From Candidatus Sigynarchaeum calidifontis (GTDB lineage: Archaea; Asgardarchaeota; Lokiarchaeia; Sigyniarchaeales; Sigyniarchaeaceae), in the NCBI GenBank assembly GCA_030587475.2, contig JAUQYZ020000253.1, forward strand, positions 1 to 64,000: a stretch of 64,000 bases of DNA, written 5' to 3'. The translations under genes and the position numbers were made by a program. Each line of letters starts with the position of its first letter. The stretch's first letter is position 1. This document shows, in pieces, positions 35,360 through 45,990 of the stretch. The notes beneath the pieces were generated by a model. That model was not told where the DNA came from. It saw only the letters and a list, made by a program, of their open reading frames with translations, and did no database searches.

Positions 35360-36637
35360 TCACGGGAAGATGCCGCGCAAGATGATCGCCCTCGCGAGGC
35401 GTTCCACCGCGAGAATGTATGCTGCGATGCGCATAGGCACTTTCTTTTCTTGAGCGATGCGAATCACGTCGTTAAATGCCGCCACCATGACCCGACGAAG
35501 TTCTTTATTGATCCGTTCGAGATCCCAGAAGTACGCATCCCTATCTTGTATCCATTCGAAATAACTAACCGTAACACCGCCTGCATTCGCGAGGATGTCG
35601 GGAATGACGACCACGCCCTTCTTTGCAAGAACCTCGTCGGCATCGGGGGTCGTCGGCCCGTTGGCACCTTCCGCGACGATCTTTGCCCTGACCAGCTTGG
35701 CGACGTCCGTCGTTATTTGTTTCTCCACGGCGGCCGGGACGAGGATATCGCAGTCGCAAGTGAGCAGCTCCTTGTTCGTTATCGCTTTCTTCGACCCAGG
35801 AAAACCAGCAACGGATCCCGTCTTGTCGACATGTGCATCGAGGGCCTGGATGTCCAGTCCATCTTCATTGTAGATACCGCCATTGATGTCGCTCACCGCG
35901 ACGATCTTGCACTTGTGGTGCTGGGCAAGCTGGAGCGCGCAGTTTGACCCGACGTTTCCGAAGCCTTGAATTGCTATGCGCTGTTTATCAAGGTCGATGC
36001 CTTTTTGCTGGCAATAGGCCTCGATGATGTACATGAGCCCAGTTCCCGTGGCTGCTTCCCGGCCAAGGGAGCCACCAATGTCCACGGGTTTTCCCGTCAC
36101 GACGCCGTGAGCAGGCTCGCCCGTGTTCCGGGCGATCATGGCATACGTGTCCATCATCCATGCCATGATCTGTGCATTGGTGCCAACGTCCGGCGCTGGG
36201 ACATCCTTGAGGGAACCTATCATGTCGCTGATGGCATACGTGTATCGTCTCGTGAGCCGTTGGAGCTCGCTCTTCGACAGTTTCGAGGGGTCGACGGCGA
36301 TGCCGCCCTTCGCCCCGCCGTATGGAAGGTTCACGACCGCGCATTTCATCGTCATCCAGAACGCGAGAGCCTTCACCTCGTCCAGGTCGACAGCCGGGGC
36401 ATAGCGGATACCACCCTTGGTCGGCCCCCGAACGTCGCAGTGCTGGACGCGGAAGCCGTCGAATACCCTCATCGTCCCATCGTCCATGACGATCGGCAAA
36501 GACACGCTCAGCATGCGCTGGCAATGTTTCAGGAACTCCAACGCGTTGAGCCATTCCTTATCCTTCGGCAAGTATTTTGCTGCATTCTCGAGCTGGGTTA
36601 GTGCCATCTCCCACGCGCTGCGCTTCTCGTCGCTCAT
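35360..36637 (-). CDS. gdhA: Glutamate dehydrogenase
   Basis: GPTKGGIR, MTMKC, GGAKGG, DVPAPD, GFGNVG, EGANGP, NAGGVTVSYFEW. Confidence 0.96.
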   Translation of the reverse strand: MSDEKRSAWEMALTQLENAAKYLPKDKEWLNALEFLKHCQRMLSVSLPIVMDDGTMRVFDGFRVQHCDVRGPTKGGIRYAPAVDLDEVKALAFWMTMKCAVVNLPYGGAKGGIAVDPSKLSKSELQRLTRRYTYAISDMIGSLKDVPAPDVGTNAQIMAWMMDTYAMIARNTGEPAHGVVTGKPVDIGGSLGREAATGTGLMYIIEAYCQQKGIDLDKQRIAIQGFGNVGSNCALQLAQHHKCKIVAVSDINGGIYNEDGLDIQALDAHVDKTGSVAGFPGSKKAITNKELLTCDCDILVPAAVEKQITTDVAKLVRAKIVAEGANGPTTPDADEVLAKKGVVVIPDILANAGGVTVSYFEWIQDRDAYFWDLERINKELRRVMVAAFNDVIRIAQEKKVPMRIAAYILAVERLARAIILRGIFP

Positions 36638-36753
36638 GTGCTTTCATCTCGATATCGAAAGGTCTTGGTACCTCGCGATCCATTTATCACGGCTCCTTAT
36701 GAGTGCTTTTCTATCAGTTTTATAATCCAACGTGCGTTTTTCCCGTCGATAGC

Positions 36754-37770
36754 ATGACGTTTTCCGAGGATCGCGTTGATGCGCCTGGTCTGAAGACATG
36801 TATCATCGGAGCAGGCTCCATCGGCAAGCTATTTTGCGGGTACCTCGCTGCGGCAGGCAATGATGTTCACTTGGTTGCACGCGGTGGTCAATTATCCGAC
36901 ATCGTGTCCCGGGGGATAAAAATTCACTTGCCAGGATCGGATGCAATCATCGATGTACCCGAAGTTTCCGTCGTGGATCGCGTGGACAAGATCGCGACTG
37001 TTGGCGCGCTTGATGCGATCATCATCGCGGTTAAAGCTTATGATGTTCATGATGTGCTCGAATCCATACGGGCAGCTCCTGGCATTGATCTTTCCAGGAT
37101 AACAATCGTGCTGCTCCAGAACGGCATCGGCATCGAGGAATCAGCTCGTTTAATTTTCCCATCTATCCCGATCGTGCGCATCACGACCGATAACGGGGCT
37201 TACTCTGGCCAAGGCGGATGGGTAATGCATGCGGGCAAGGGCGAGATACATCTCGGGTATTGGGACGAGGTGCGGCGACCTGGTTCAGCGGCCACTGACT
37301 ATCGCCTCCAAGACATGTTCACGAAGGCGGGTTTGCCCGCCACGTGCACGACGAATATCAGGGAAAAGGTGTGGCAAAAGTTGATCGTGAATGCCGGGAT
37401 TAACCCGGTTGGAGCGCTGTTCCAGGTGCGCAATGGCTTGATCCTCGAAATACCGGCGCTTCGAAGAATATCGGAGCATCTCACGAGCGAAGCTTTAACC
37501 GTCGCTCGCGCGGGAAACTTCATCACGGACTTCGATGGCCAGGCGGCCGTTCGATCCGTGCTCGAAAAAACTGCCAACAACAAGAATTCAATGTTGCAAG
37601 ACCGGGAACGCGGCCGCCGCACCGAGATCGATTTCATAAACGGCGCTATCGTCCGGCACGGGCGCGAGCTGGGAGTTGCGACCCCGTGGAACGAGATGAT
37701 CATGGAGATCATGCGCGGGTTCGAGGGACTTGCTCGCGAGACAGATAACCCCATAAGGTTCCAGGAATAA
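36754..37770 (+). CDS. panE: 2-dehydropantoate 2-reductase
   Basis: GAGSIG, VKAYD, LQNG, WQKLIVN, SMLQD, RTEIDFING. Confidence 0.93.
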   Translation: MTFSEDRVDAPGLKTCIIGAGSIGKLFCGYLAAAGNDVHLVARGGQLSDIVSRGIKIHLPGSDAIIDVPEVSVVDRVDKIATVGALDAIIIAVKAYDVHDVLESIRAAPGIDLSRITIVLLQNGIGIEESARLIFPSIPIVRITTDNGAYSGQGGWVMHAGKGEIHLGYWDEVRRPGSAATDYRLQDMFTKAGLPATCTTNIREKVWQKLIVNAGINPVGALFQVRNGLILEIPALRRISEHLTSEALTVARAGNFITDFDGQAAVRSVLEKTANNKNSMLQDRERGRRTEIDFINGAIVRHGRELGVATPWNEMIMEIMRGFEGLARETDNPIRFQE

Positions 37771-37802
37771 TTTTTCATAATAACGGGAGGACACCCGATA
37801 TC

Positions 37803-38996
37803 ATGAAGCTGCCCGAGCGCGGAATCCCACAATCCAAGATCCTGGCCGACATCAAGAAGGCCACCGCGCAAGACGAGCGATATCAGACCGGGCACATCCT
37901 CGGCTCCATGTGTACTATTCCTCACGAGTTTGCAATCAAGATCGCTTCGATGTTCCCTGAGAAAAACCTCGGGGACCCCGGATTGTTCCCCGGCACCTCG
38001 AAACTCGAGGCGGAAACCATACAAATGATCGGCGACATGCTTGGCGATGAACACGTGGTAGGAAACATCGTGGGAGGCGGGAGCGAGGCAAACATCATCG
38101 CGATGCGTGTTGCCAAGAAATATAAAGAAAATTTAGAAAAGCCCGAGGTCATCGCGCCCGAAACGTTACATCTATCCTTCATCAAAGCAGCGGAATTGAT
38201 GGGTTTCAAGCTCCGCACGATCAAGCTCGATAGCAATTTTGAATTCGACATCGGTGAATTCGAGCGGGCAATCAACGACAACACCATTGCCGTTGTAGGC
38301 ATCGCGGGCACGACATCTCTCGGGCTTGTCGATCCTATCGACAAAATGGGGAAAATCATCGAAAGCAAGAACGCGAACATATATTTTCACGTCGATGCGG
38401 CATTCGGGGGTTTCGTGCTCCCGTTCATGAGGGATTTAGGACATAAGTTCCCTGGTTATGATTTTTCAGTCCCGCAAGTCGCGAGCATGACTTGCGACCC
38501 GCACAAGATGGGCATGAACATCATCCCGAGCGGCAGTTTCATCTTGCGGGAACACTTCTACAAGGACGTGCTCGGGTTCGACATCCCGTACCTTGCAGGT
38601 GGTGCATTCAAGCATTTCAACGTCATGGGAACACGTCCAGGCAATGTCGTGCTCGCATGCTGGGGGCTTATGCGGCACCTCGGCAAGGAAGGATTCCGTG
38701 CCGTGGTGTCTGAATGTTGGGAAAACACGCTGTATCTCCGAAAGCGGCTTCGTGAACTTGAAAGATATGTCGAAGTAGCGCGCGAGCCCGTTATCAACGT
38801 TTTAGGCATTAAATCCGCATCAAGCATTCAAATGAATGATATTGATAAAGAGCTTCGTAAATCGGGTTATTATCTTGGCTTTTTCAAGAACATGAACCCG
38901 CCAATCGAGCGTATCGTCATAATGCCACACGTGAAACCCCCCGTTATCGACACGTTCATAGATGTTCTCGGAGCTGTCGTGAAAAAATTGAAATGA
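37803..38996 (+). CDS. mfnA: PLP-dependent L-tyrosine/L-aspartate decarboxylase
   Basis: GSMCT.PH, NLGDPGLFPGT, GGSEAN, HVDAAFGG, DPHKM, GTRPG. Confidence 0.92.
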   Translation: MKLPERGIPQSKILADIKKATAQDERYQTGHILGSMCTIPHEFAIKIASMFPEKNLGDPGLFPGTSKLEAETIQMIGDMLGDEHVVGNIVGGGSEANIIAMRVAKKYKENLEKPEVIAPETLHLSFIKAAELMGFKLRTIKLDSNFEFDIGEFERAINDNTIAVVGIAGTTSLGLVDPIDKMGKIIESKNANIYFHVDAAFGGFVLPFMRDLGHKFPGYDFSVPQVASMTCDPHKMGMNIIPSGSFILREHFYKDVLGFDIPYLAGGAFKHFNVMGTRPGNVVLACWGLMRHLGKEGFRAVVSECWENTLYLRKRLRELERYVEVAREPVINVLGIKSASSIQMNDIDKELRKSGYYLGFFKNMNPPIERIVIMPHVKPPVIDTFIDVLGAVVKKLK

Positions 38997-39011
38997 CCCC
39001 CTTCGTTCTTG

Positions 39012-40034
39012 ATGAAGATGCACGTTCCTATGCCGGTTTTCAAACGCGTCGCCGTGGGCGTTCCCCACAGGATCAGTGGCTTTTTCGAGATCGTCGACAA
39101 GGGATCTGCACGTCCCAAGAACCATACCATCGATGACTTGCTGTCCATCGGCTCTCGTGGCGGGGGTCCATGCTTGTCCGAGAAGGGCATCACGACCGTC
39201 GAGATCGATGAAAAAAAAACGCCTGGCACGATCACGATACTCATAAACGGGGTTGATTACTCGTCCAACGCAAGAACGACGCTTTCCGTTCTGAAATGGA
39301 TGGATGTCGACATCGCCAAGGAGCAATCGATCATCATCCGGCACGACATGCCGCTCTTGATGGGTGCGGGCTATGGCAGTTCCGGGTCAGGGGCTCTGGG
39401 CACGGCCATCGCCTTGAACGTCATGTTCGACCTGGGCTTGTCGCTCGACGAGTGCGGGAAATATGCACATGCTGCCGAAGTCGAGAATAAAACCGGCCTC
39501 GGGACTGTCGGGGGCCAGATACGAGGGGGATGCACGATCAGCATGGTACCGGGTTACCCGTTCACCATGGCATCGATAATCGTCCCGCCCAAGATCAAGA
39601 TCGCTTGCGTCACTCGTGGCGGCTTGTCAACAGCAAAGATGCTCAGCGATCCTCAGATCCGCAAGAGCATCATCGAGAGCGGCAAGGTGGCCATGTCATC
39701 GATATCACGACGATTCACGATCGAAAATTTCTTGCGAACGGCCATCACGTTCGTGAATGGAACGTGGATGCGGTTCATGGAACAGCTCGACTTGGGAGCC
39801 GTCAAGAATCTCATGTCTTCGATCAACGACGACCACGCAAGGAGGCCGGTCGATGTGCTCGGGGCTTCAATGAACCAAATGGGGAAGTCCGTGTACGTGA
39901 TCTACAAGAGCTCGGTCGATGCCGAGGATTACATAGAAAAAGTTTGCATGGATTGCGGGTTCGACGACGTGCGTTTCATGGACATCGAATGTAGTGGCCC
40001 GAGCGTTCATCGCGTCGAGTCGATCCAAAAATAA
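39012..40034 (+). CDS. Pantoate kinase (GHMP family)
   Basis: P.RISGFF, GSRGGG, GAGYGSSG, AHAAEV...TGLGTV, ASMNQMG; clustered with panE and mfnA. Confidence 0.88.
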   Translation: MKMHVPMPVFKRVAVGVPHRISGFFEIVDKGSARPKNHTIDDLLSIGSRGGGPCLSEKGITTVEIDEKKTPGTITILINGVDYSSNARTTLSVLKWMDVDIAKEQSIIIRHDMPLLMGAGYGSSGSGALGTAIALNVMFDLGLSLDECGKYAHAAEVENKTGLGTVGGQIRGGCTISMVPGYPFTMASIIVPPKIKIACVTRGGLSTAKMLSDPQIRKSIIESGKVAMSSISRRFTIENFLRTAITFVNGTWMRFMEQLDLGAVKNLMSSINDDHARRPVDVLGASMNQMGKSVYVIYKSSVDAEDYIEKVCMDCGFDDVRFMDIECSGPSVHRVESIQK

Positions 40035-40042
40035 TTGATTTT

Positions 40043-40714
40043 TTACTTGACTGGATTCCTCAGCGTGCCAATGGGCGCGATCGTGGCCTCGACGATATCG
40101 CCGGCCTGGATCGGCCCTACTCCATCCGGCGTCCCCGTAGCGATAATGTCCCCTTCTTGCAGGGTCATGTACCTCGATATAAAAGAGATCAGTCTTGAAA
40201 CGGAAAAGATCATCTCCCGGGTGCTTGATTTTTGCTTGATGACACCATTAACCTTGAGCTCGAGCGGCACGTCCCGCGGGTCGAGTTCCGCCGCGAGCAC
40301 GATACACGGCCCAACGGGGCCGAACGTGTCGAGATTCTTGGAACGGAACCATGGCCATTGCTTTGCAATGTCTCGTTTTTGCAAATCACGAGCCGTGATA
40401 TCGTTGAAGATCGTATAGCCAAATACATACTCCATAGCACTTCTTTCATCGACATCCTTGCAGTCTGCCCCGATAATGACCGCGAGCTCTATCTCGTGAT
40501 CGACGCGTTCGATCCCTAGCTCTTGCTTCGGCATCACGATAGGTTGCCCGTTTGCGATCAAGCACGTTGGGGTTTTACAAAAAAACATCGGCTCTGCAGG
40601 GATTTGGCTGTCGAATTCCTTTGCATGGGCGGCATAATTCTTGCCGAGGCAGACGATCTTCACCGGGTGAAGCCCGTAAGTCTCGTCGTGGTTTTTAATG
40701 GGAAGCTTGATCAC
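40043..40714 (-). CDS. Fumarylacetoacetate hydrolase family protein
   Basis: GKNYAAH, HEIEL, NDITARD, DTFGP, TGTP.GVG. Confidence 0.92.
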   Translation of the reverse strand: MIKLPIKNHDETYGLHPVKIVCLGKNYAAHAKEFDSQIPAEPMFFCKTPTCLIANGQPIVMPKQELGIERVDHEIELAVIIGADCKDVDERSAMEYVFGYTIFNDITARDLQKRDIAKQWPWFRSKNLDTFGPVGPCIVLAAELDPRDVPLELKVNGVIKQKSSTREMIFSVSRLISFISRYMTLQEGDIIATGTPDGVGPIQAGDIVEATIAPIGTLRNPVK

Positions 40715-40862
40715 ACTTGTTTAAATCATTGGTAGGCTTTATGCAATCAAGGTTAGATGCTCCATGTCTGGTACCCCGATCTTACAAATATACATCGCTT
40801 GACTGATCAGGGGAGGCCACGAAAGGGGAGAACGCTTGTTTTCGTGACTGGTGAAGAATACA

Positions 40863-42158
40863 ATGAGCAGCGGCAAGATCGATCATCATGATAAGAGCAG
40901 CATTGATTATTACAAAGTCAAACGGGATCTAGAAATATTAAAAAGTAAGCATGGCTTTCACACCGAGCTTATTTCACTTTACATCCCGCCGAGCCGTCCC
41001 CTGGCTACTGTTATCGGGTACTTGCGCAACGAGATATCTGAATCGTCGAACATAAAGTCGAAGAGCACGCGGCAGATGGTGACCGATGCCATCACGTCGC
41101 TTATTGCACGGCTCAAGATCATCTCCGACAGCAAGGTGCAATCCGAGACGGGCTTTATTCTCTTCGATGGTTTCATCCCGGTTCATGGTCCCGGCTCGGA
41201 GAAGGAGGAACAGTATGTCATCATCCCACCAGAACCCGTCCGGACGTTCATTTACCACTGTGCTTCTGAATTTCTCACCGGCCCGCTCGAGGAAATGCTG
41301 GTCGACAAGTCCACGATCGGGATCATCTCGATCGAGCGCAACGAAAGCGCCATCGGCACGCTGCGGGGTAAGCACGTGCAAATCCTTGATGTTATGACAT
41401 CGGGGATCCATGGCAAGCACAGGGCGGGTGGGCAGTCCCAGCACAGGTTCGAGAGACTTATCGAGGAGGCAGCACGCGAGTTCTACAAGCGCGTGGGAGA
41501 TCATGCGAACACGATCTTTGGTGAAATAAAGGAACTCGATGGCATCCTCATCGGCGGGCCTGGCCTCACGAAACAAGAGTTTCTCGAGGGCCCATTCATG
41601 CGCGACGAGCTCAAGGCAAAGGTGCTCAAGCCCCTTATCGATACCGATGGCGGCGGCGAGACAGGCGTGCGCTCCTTGCTGTACAAGGCCCAGGACTTGT
41701 TGCGCGATACCGAGTTCATGAAAGAGAGAAAGGTGATCGATAAGTTCATGGATCACGTGGCACGCGATACCGGGCTGATCATCTACGGTTTGCGCGAGAC
41801 GATCGACGCGCTGAACAATTCCGCGGTGGAGGTCTTGCTACTCAGCGAGGGGCTCAACAAGGTTCGCGTGTCCCGGGTGTGCAACGGTTGCAACAAGGAA
41901 ACAGACCTGTTCGTTTCCACCATCGAGGTCGATAAAAAAATCGACGAATTGCGCACCGGCGAGTGCCCTGAATGCAAGACCGGCTTCGTGAATTCGAAAA
42001 TCGAGAAGCAAGACGCGATCGAGTATCTCGGCGATTTGGCGAGCAAGTCCGGGGCCACGGTTCGCATGATCTCCACGGCGACCGAGCAAGGAAAGGTACT
42101 TCACGATACGTTCGGCGGTATAGCGGGTTTCCTGCGATACAAGTACAACGCGGCTTGA
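40863..42158 (+). CDS. prf1: Peptide chain release factor aRF1
   Basis: TELISLYIP, NIKS, YHCASEF, GGQS, FGGIA. Confidence 0.96.
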   Translation: MSSGKIDHHDKSSIDYYKVKRDLEILKSKHGFHTELISLYIPPSRPLATVIGYLRNEISESSNIKSKSTRQMVTDAITSLIARLKIISDSKVQSETGFILFDGFIPVHGPGSEKEEQYVIIPPEPVRTFIYHCASEFLTGPLEEMLVDKSTIGIISIERNESAIGTLRGKHVQILDVMTSGIHGKHRAGGQSQHRFERLIEEAAREFYKRVGDHANTIFGEIKELDGILIGGPGLTKQEFLEGPFMRDELKAKVLKPLIDTDGGGETGVRSLLYKAQDLLRDTEFMKERKVIDKFMDHVARDTGLIIYGLRETIDALNNSAVEVLLLSEGLNKVRVSRVCNGCNKETDLFVSTIEVDKKIDELRTGECPECKTGFVNSKIEKQDAIEYLGDLASKSGATVRMISTATEQGKVLHDTFGGIAGFLRYKYNAA

Positions 42159-42259
42159 TCTCGCGTCAATTGGTTTTTTATTCCGTCATTAAACGCGGAA
42201 ATCGTCCATGCCGTGTTATATCTTGTCAACGTAAATAGATGCGGGTCAATGGCCATTGC

Positions 42260-43366
42260 TCACTTGGCAACTCGAGGCACGAGCCCGGCACCGAGTAACA
42301 TGTCCAGCACGACTATGGCCGCGGCGTGCTCGATGACAGGCACGGCGCGGGGCACGATGCACGGGTCGTGACGCCCCTCGTATTCGAGATCGATGGGCGT
42401 CTTCGTTGACATGTCGACGCTCTTCTGATTCTTGCCGATGGATGACGTCGGCTTGATCACGACACGAAACACGACGGGCGCGCCGGTCGTGATCCCACCG
42501 AGGATCCCACCCGCGTTGTTGGTCACGGGATAAACGTGCTTGGTGGCATTGATCTCGTAAGGATCGTTATTTTCTGAGCCTTTCATGCGCGCTGCGGTAA
42601 AGCCCGCCCCGAACTCGATGCCCTTCACGGCACCGACGGAAAACATCATGGCTGCAATTTGGCTCTCGACCGAGCTGAAAAACGGATCACCGAGACCGCC
42701 CGGCAATCCGTCGATGATACACTCGACAATACCACCGACGGAATCCTTATCTTTTCCCGCTTGCTCGATGGCCGCAACCATCTTCTTCGCCACGCCTGAG
42801 TCGTAGCAACGCACCGGGTTCGATTCGGTCTTTTCACGCATAACTTTCAAATCGACCGCACCATCGTACGCGATTCCCGCGATCTCGCGCGCGTGGGCGC
42901 CGATGATGACGGGAACGACTTTTTTATATATCTGTGATGCAACCGCGCCGGCCATAACGAGCCCCGCGGTGAGCCGACCGGAAAATCTGCCCGATCCCCG
43001 GTAATCATTGAACCCGCCGTATCGCAGCAAGGCAGTGTAATCCGCGTGACCGGGACGCAAGATATCCTTGAATTTCTCGTAAGACGACGAATCTGCGTCC
43101 TTATTCCACGTCACGATGGTTACCGGCGCCCCGGTTGTCCTCCCCTTGAACAAGCCCGACAAGCACTCGACGAAATCCTCCTCGGCACGGCTGGTCGTGA
43201 CCTTGCTCTGCCCGGGCTTGCGCCGTGCCATCTCCGTGTTGACGTTCTCGATGTCGATCGGGTATCCTGCCGGCACGCCGTCGAGAACGACGCCGACCAA
43301 GCGCCCGTGGCTCTCGCCCAGGATCGTGACGACGAAATTGTTGCCGAAGCTGTTCGGTGGACTCAT
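42260..43366 (-). CDS. aroC: Chorismate synthase
   Basis: GESHG, RPGHAD, DSVGG, GGILGGI, KPTSSI, GRHDPC. Confidence 0.96.
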   Translation of the reverse strand: MSPPNSFGNNFVVTILGESHGRLVGVVLDGVPAGYPIDIENVNTEMARRKPGQSKVTTSRAEEDFVECLSGLFKGRTTGAPVTIVTWNKDADSSSYEKFKDILRPGHADYTALLRYGGFNDYRGSGRFSGRLTAGLVMAGAVASQIYKKVVPVIIGAHAREIAGIAYDGAVDLKVMREKTESNPVRCYDSGVAKKMVAAIEQAGKDKDSVGGIVECIIDGLPGGLGDPFFSSVESQIAAMMFSVGAVKGIEFGAGFTAARMKGSENNDPYEINATKHVYPVTNNAGGILGGITTGAPVVFRVVIKPTSSIGKNQKSVDMSTKTPIDLEYEGRHDPCIVPRAVPVIEHAAAIVVLDMLLGAGLVPRVAK

Positions 43367-43461
43367 CTATATTTATCACCACGCGGCTCGCACGCCGCAC
43401 TCTTGGATGATGTAGTCACCGCGCAAGAAAAATATCTATCGACCTCCTTGGTCTTATCATC

Positions 43462-44754
43462 GTGACTGGTAAAGCTGCCCCGATAGAGATCCCTTGCCTG
43501 AAGGCACCTTTCGACGCACGCATACACGTGCCGGGATCCAAGTCGATCACGAACCGGGCACTCCTCATCGCCGCATTAGCTAGCGGTACATCGATATTAA
43601 GGAATGTTTTGTTCAGTGATGACACGGAATACATGATCAAGGCGCTGGTCAAGCTAGGCATCATCTTGGACATCGATCGCGAGCAAAACGTGATCGTGGT
43701 TCACGGCAAGGGTGGTGAACTCACCGTCCCGCCCGACCCGATCTACATCGGCAATTCCGGGACGTGCGCGCGGTTCCTCACGACGGCAGTCGCGCTCGGC
43801 CATGGTAGATACGTGATCGACGGGAACGAGCGCATGCGCCAGCGCCCCATCCAAGATCTCGTCGACGGCCTCAAGGGACTTGGCGTCGCCGTGACGACCA
43901 TCGACAACACGGGATGCCCGCCGCTAACGGTCGATGCAAGCGGCTTGCGAGGCGGAAGGACGACCGTCTCCGGTTCCACGTCGTCCCAGTACTTGTCTTC
44001 CATCTTGCTGTCTGCCCCTTACGCGAGCTCGCAAGTGACGATCAATATCAAGGGGAAGATGGTGTCGCGGCCATACGTGGTCATGTCCGCGAGAATGATG
44101 CAGCAGTTCGGCGCTCGCGTGAGCTGGACGGATGACCACGAGATCACGGTCTTCACGGACAAGAAATACACAGGACGCGAATACACGATCGAGTCGGATT
44201 ACTCGAGCGCATCATATTTTGCGGGGGCGGCCGCGCTCGGCGGGGGGCACATCGTGCTCACGCGCTTGCCGGCGGATTCACTGCAAGGCGATGCCGCTTT
44301 CATTGATATACTCGGGCAGATGGGGGCACGTGTGGTACAACACGATGACGCGGTCGAGGTAACGGGCACGGGCACGCTTACTGGGGTTGACGTCGACATG
44401 TACGAATGTTCCGACCTCGTGCCGACCGTGGCGGTGCTCGGTGCCTTCGCCAGCGGCAAGACCCGCATCACCAACGTGGAGAACATTCGCGTGAAGGAAT
44501 CGGACCGCATCACCGCGATCACGACGGAACTCAAGAGGATCGGCGCGCAGGTGGTGGAATTCAAGGACGGGCTCGAGGTCGAAGGAGGTAAGCCGCTCCA
44601 TGGCGCGTCGATCAAGACTTATGACGACCACCGCATCGCCATGGCTTTTTCGCTTGCTGGTCTGAAGGTAAAAGGCATCAAGATCGAGGATCCCGGCTGC
44701 GTCGCGAAGACCTACCCGACATTTTTCGAGGAACTCCTGAAGATAGCCCACTGA
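43462..44754 (+). CDS. aroA: 3-phosphoshikimate 1-carboxyvinyltransferase (EPSP synthase)
   Basis: PGSKSITNR, GNSGT, SSQY, R.KESDR, DHRIAM, KTYP.F. Confidence 0.96.
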   Translation: MTGKAAPIEIPCLKAPFDARIHVPGSKSITNRALLIAALASGTSILRNVLFSDDTEYMIKALVKLGIILDIDREQNVIVVHGKGGELTVPPDPIYIGNSGTCARFLTTAVALGHGRYVIDGNERMRQRPIQDLVDGLKGLGVAVTTIDNTGCPPLTVDASGLRGGRTTVSGSTSSQYLSSILLSAPYASSQVTINIKGKMVSRPYVVMSARMMQQFGARVSWTDDHEITVFTDKKYTGREYTIESDYSSASYFAGAAALGGGHIVLTRLPADSLQGDAAFIDILGQMGARVVQHDDAVEVTGTGTLTGVDVDMYECSDLVPTVAVLGAFASGKTRITNVENIRVKESDRITAITTELKRIGAQVVEFKDGLEVEGGKPLHGASIKTYDDHRIAMAFSLAGLKVKGIKIEDPGCVAKTYPTFFEELLKIAH

Positions 44755-44758
44755 TCCG

Positions 44759-44815
44759 GGCGACGCGCCATTGTATCTCGCAATGGCGGCCGATCCTTTC
44801 GGGATCGACGTCGTC
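44759..44815. other. GC-rich predicted three-way-junction structure immediately after aroA
   Basis: cgccattg/caatggcg (8 bp) and cgatcc/ggatcg (6 bp) enclosed by ggcgacg/cgtcgtc. Confidence 0.45.
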
Positions 44816-44995
44816 ATCCCCGTCGTATAAACCGATCTTGGCTATGGGAGGGTTTTATGTGGAAGAAAGGCACCCACTCGCCATTCCTATTTAAAGATAT
44901 AGCTCCGGGGACAACGGTTCATAATACTATTGCGATAATTTAATAAGCATGTATTTGCCTTACTACATCTGCACAGATTACAAGTATGAATCAAG

Positions 44996-45262
44996 GTGGA
45001 CAAAACCATGATGCGAATCGAACTTGATCAGAAAATGATGAAATCGATAGATCTGCTGGTATCCGCAATAGGGACACTTGGATTGTTCGTCTTAATTAGC
45101 CTCACGTTCCTTCTTGGGTTGCACGGGCAATTTATTATCTACACGCTGCTGCCCTCGATTGCGGGCATCATGGGATGGAAGGGTATTTATTTCCTTTACC
45201 GCTCCCGGATGAAAGCTCCACACGTGCAAGCGGTAAACTGCCCTTGCCCTGAATGCGCGTGA
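44996..45262 (+). CDS. Small two-TM protein with a C-terminal CPCPEC motif
   Basis: Two hydrophobic helices; AT-rich promoter region upstream; start may be 45008. Confidence 0.55.
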   Translation: MDKTMMRIELDQKMMKSIDLLVSAIGTLGLFVLISLTFLLGLHGQFIIYTLLPSIAGIMGWKGIYFLYRSRMKAPHVQAVNCPCPECA

Positions 45263-45290
45263 TCACGCGAGCTCCAGGTTTCTCCTTTTT

Positions 45291-45926
45291 TCAATGGATC
45301 AGCATGTCGATCCACGTGAACAAGACATTCCACAGCGGGTACGTCACGTAAATGGTCAGCAAGAAGACACCGAACCCGCTGGCAAACCCGCCAATCACGT
45401 CTGTCGGGTAATGCACGCCCACGTACACTCTCGATATGGCGACGAGAACGCCCATCAGTATCAAGAGGGGCAGCATCCAATACCATGCGCTCGCATCGAA
45501 AAATCTTGTCATGAGCATCGTGAGCAAGAGCATGTTCGACAAGAAGAATTGCACGTGACCAGAAGGAAAAGAAGGTCCTTTAAAAAAACGTGCCGATGTC
45601 CTGATTGTCACGTTTTCGAGCACGTGACAAGGGCGAATGCGGTAGAATTTCATCTTGACGGCAAGCACTGCGAGGAGACTCGAGATGTTTGCGACCGCAT
45701 ATTTCACGAACGCCCACGCGAACGGGACATGACCGAATGCCGCGACGAAGAACATGACCATCATGAGCACCGCCCACGTCGGGCTCGATGCAACGTGCGT
45801 GTAATGTTTTAAAAAACCAGCCGCCTTACTTGTCCACCCGTTGATGCGCCGGAACCACTTTAAATCCCATGCTCGAACGCGAGCGATAAACGTGGCGACC
45901 TTAGACTGCGGTGCCTGCTCGGCCAC
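45291..45926 (-). CDS. PAP2-family membrane phosphatase
   Basis: K......RP, SFPSGH, SRVYVGVHYPTD. Confidence 0.92.
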   Translation of the reverse strand: MAEQAPQSKVATFIARVRAWDLKWFRRINGWTSKAAGFLKHYTHVASSPTWAVLMMVMFFVAAFGHVPFAWAFVKYAVANISSLLAVLAVKMKFYRIRPCHVLENVTIRTSARFFKGPSFPSGHVQFFLSNMLLLTMLMTRFFDASAWYWMLPLLILMGVLVAISRVYVGVHYPTDVIGGFASGFGVFLLTIYVTYPLWNVLFTWIDMLIH

Positions 45927-45990
45927 GGGGATTGTCCACCTCTATTGACAAGTAAAAAGGAAAAAGAGAATCGGGATCAAGGCGATGGTC

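Noticed and set aside
44755-44830. SECIS element or hammerhead ribozyme
   Set aside because: No in-frame UGA selenoprotein candidate adjacent, no clear AUGA/GA core geometry, and no CUGANGA...GAAA arrangement; kept only as a generic structured-RNA candidate.
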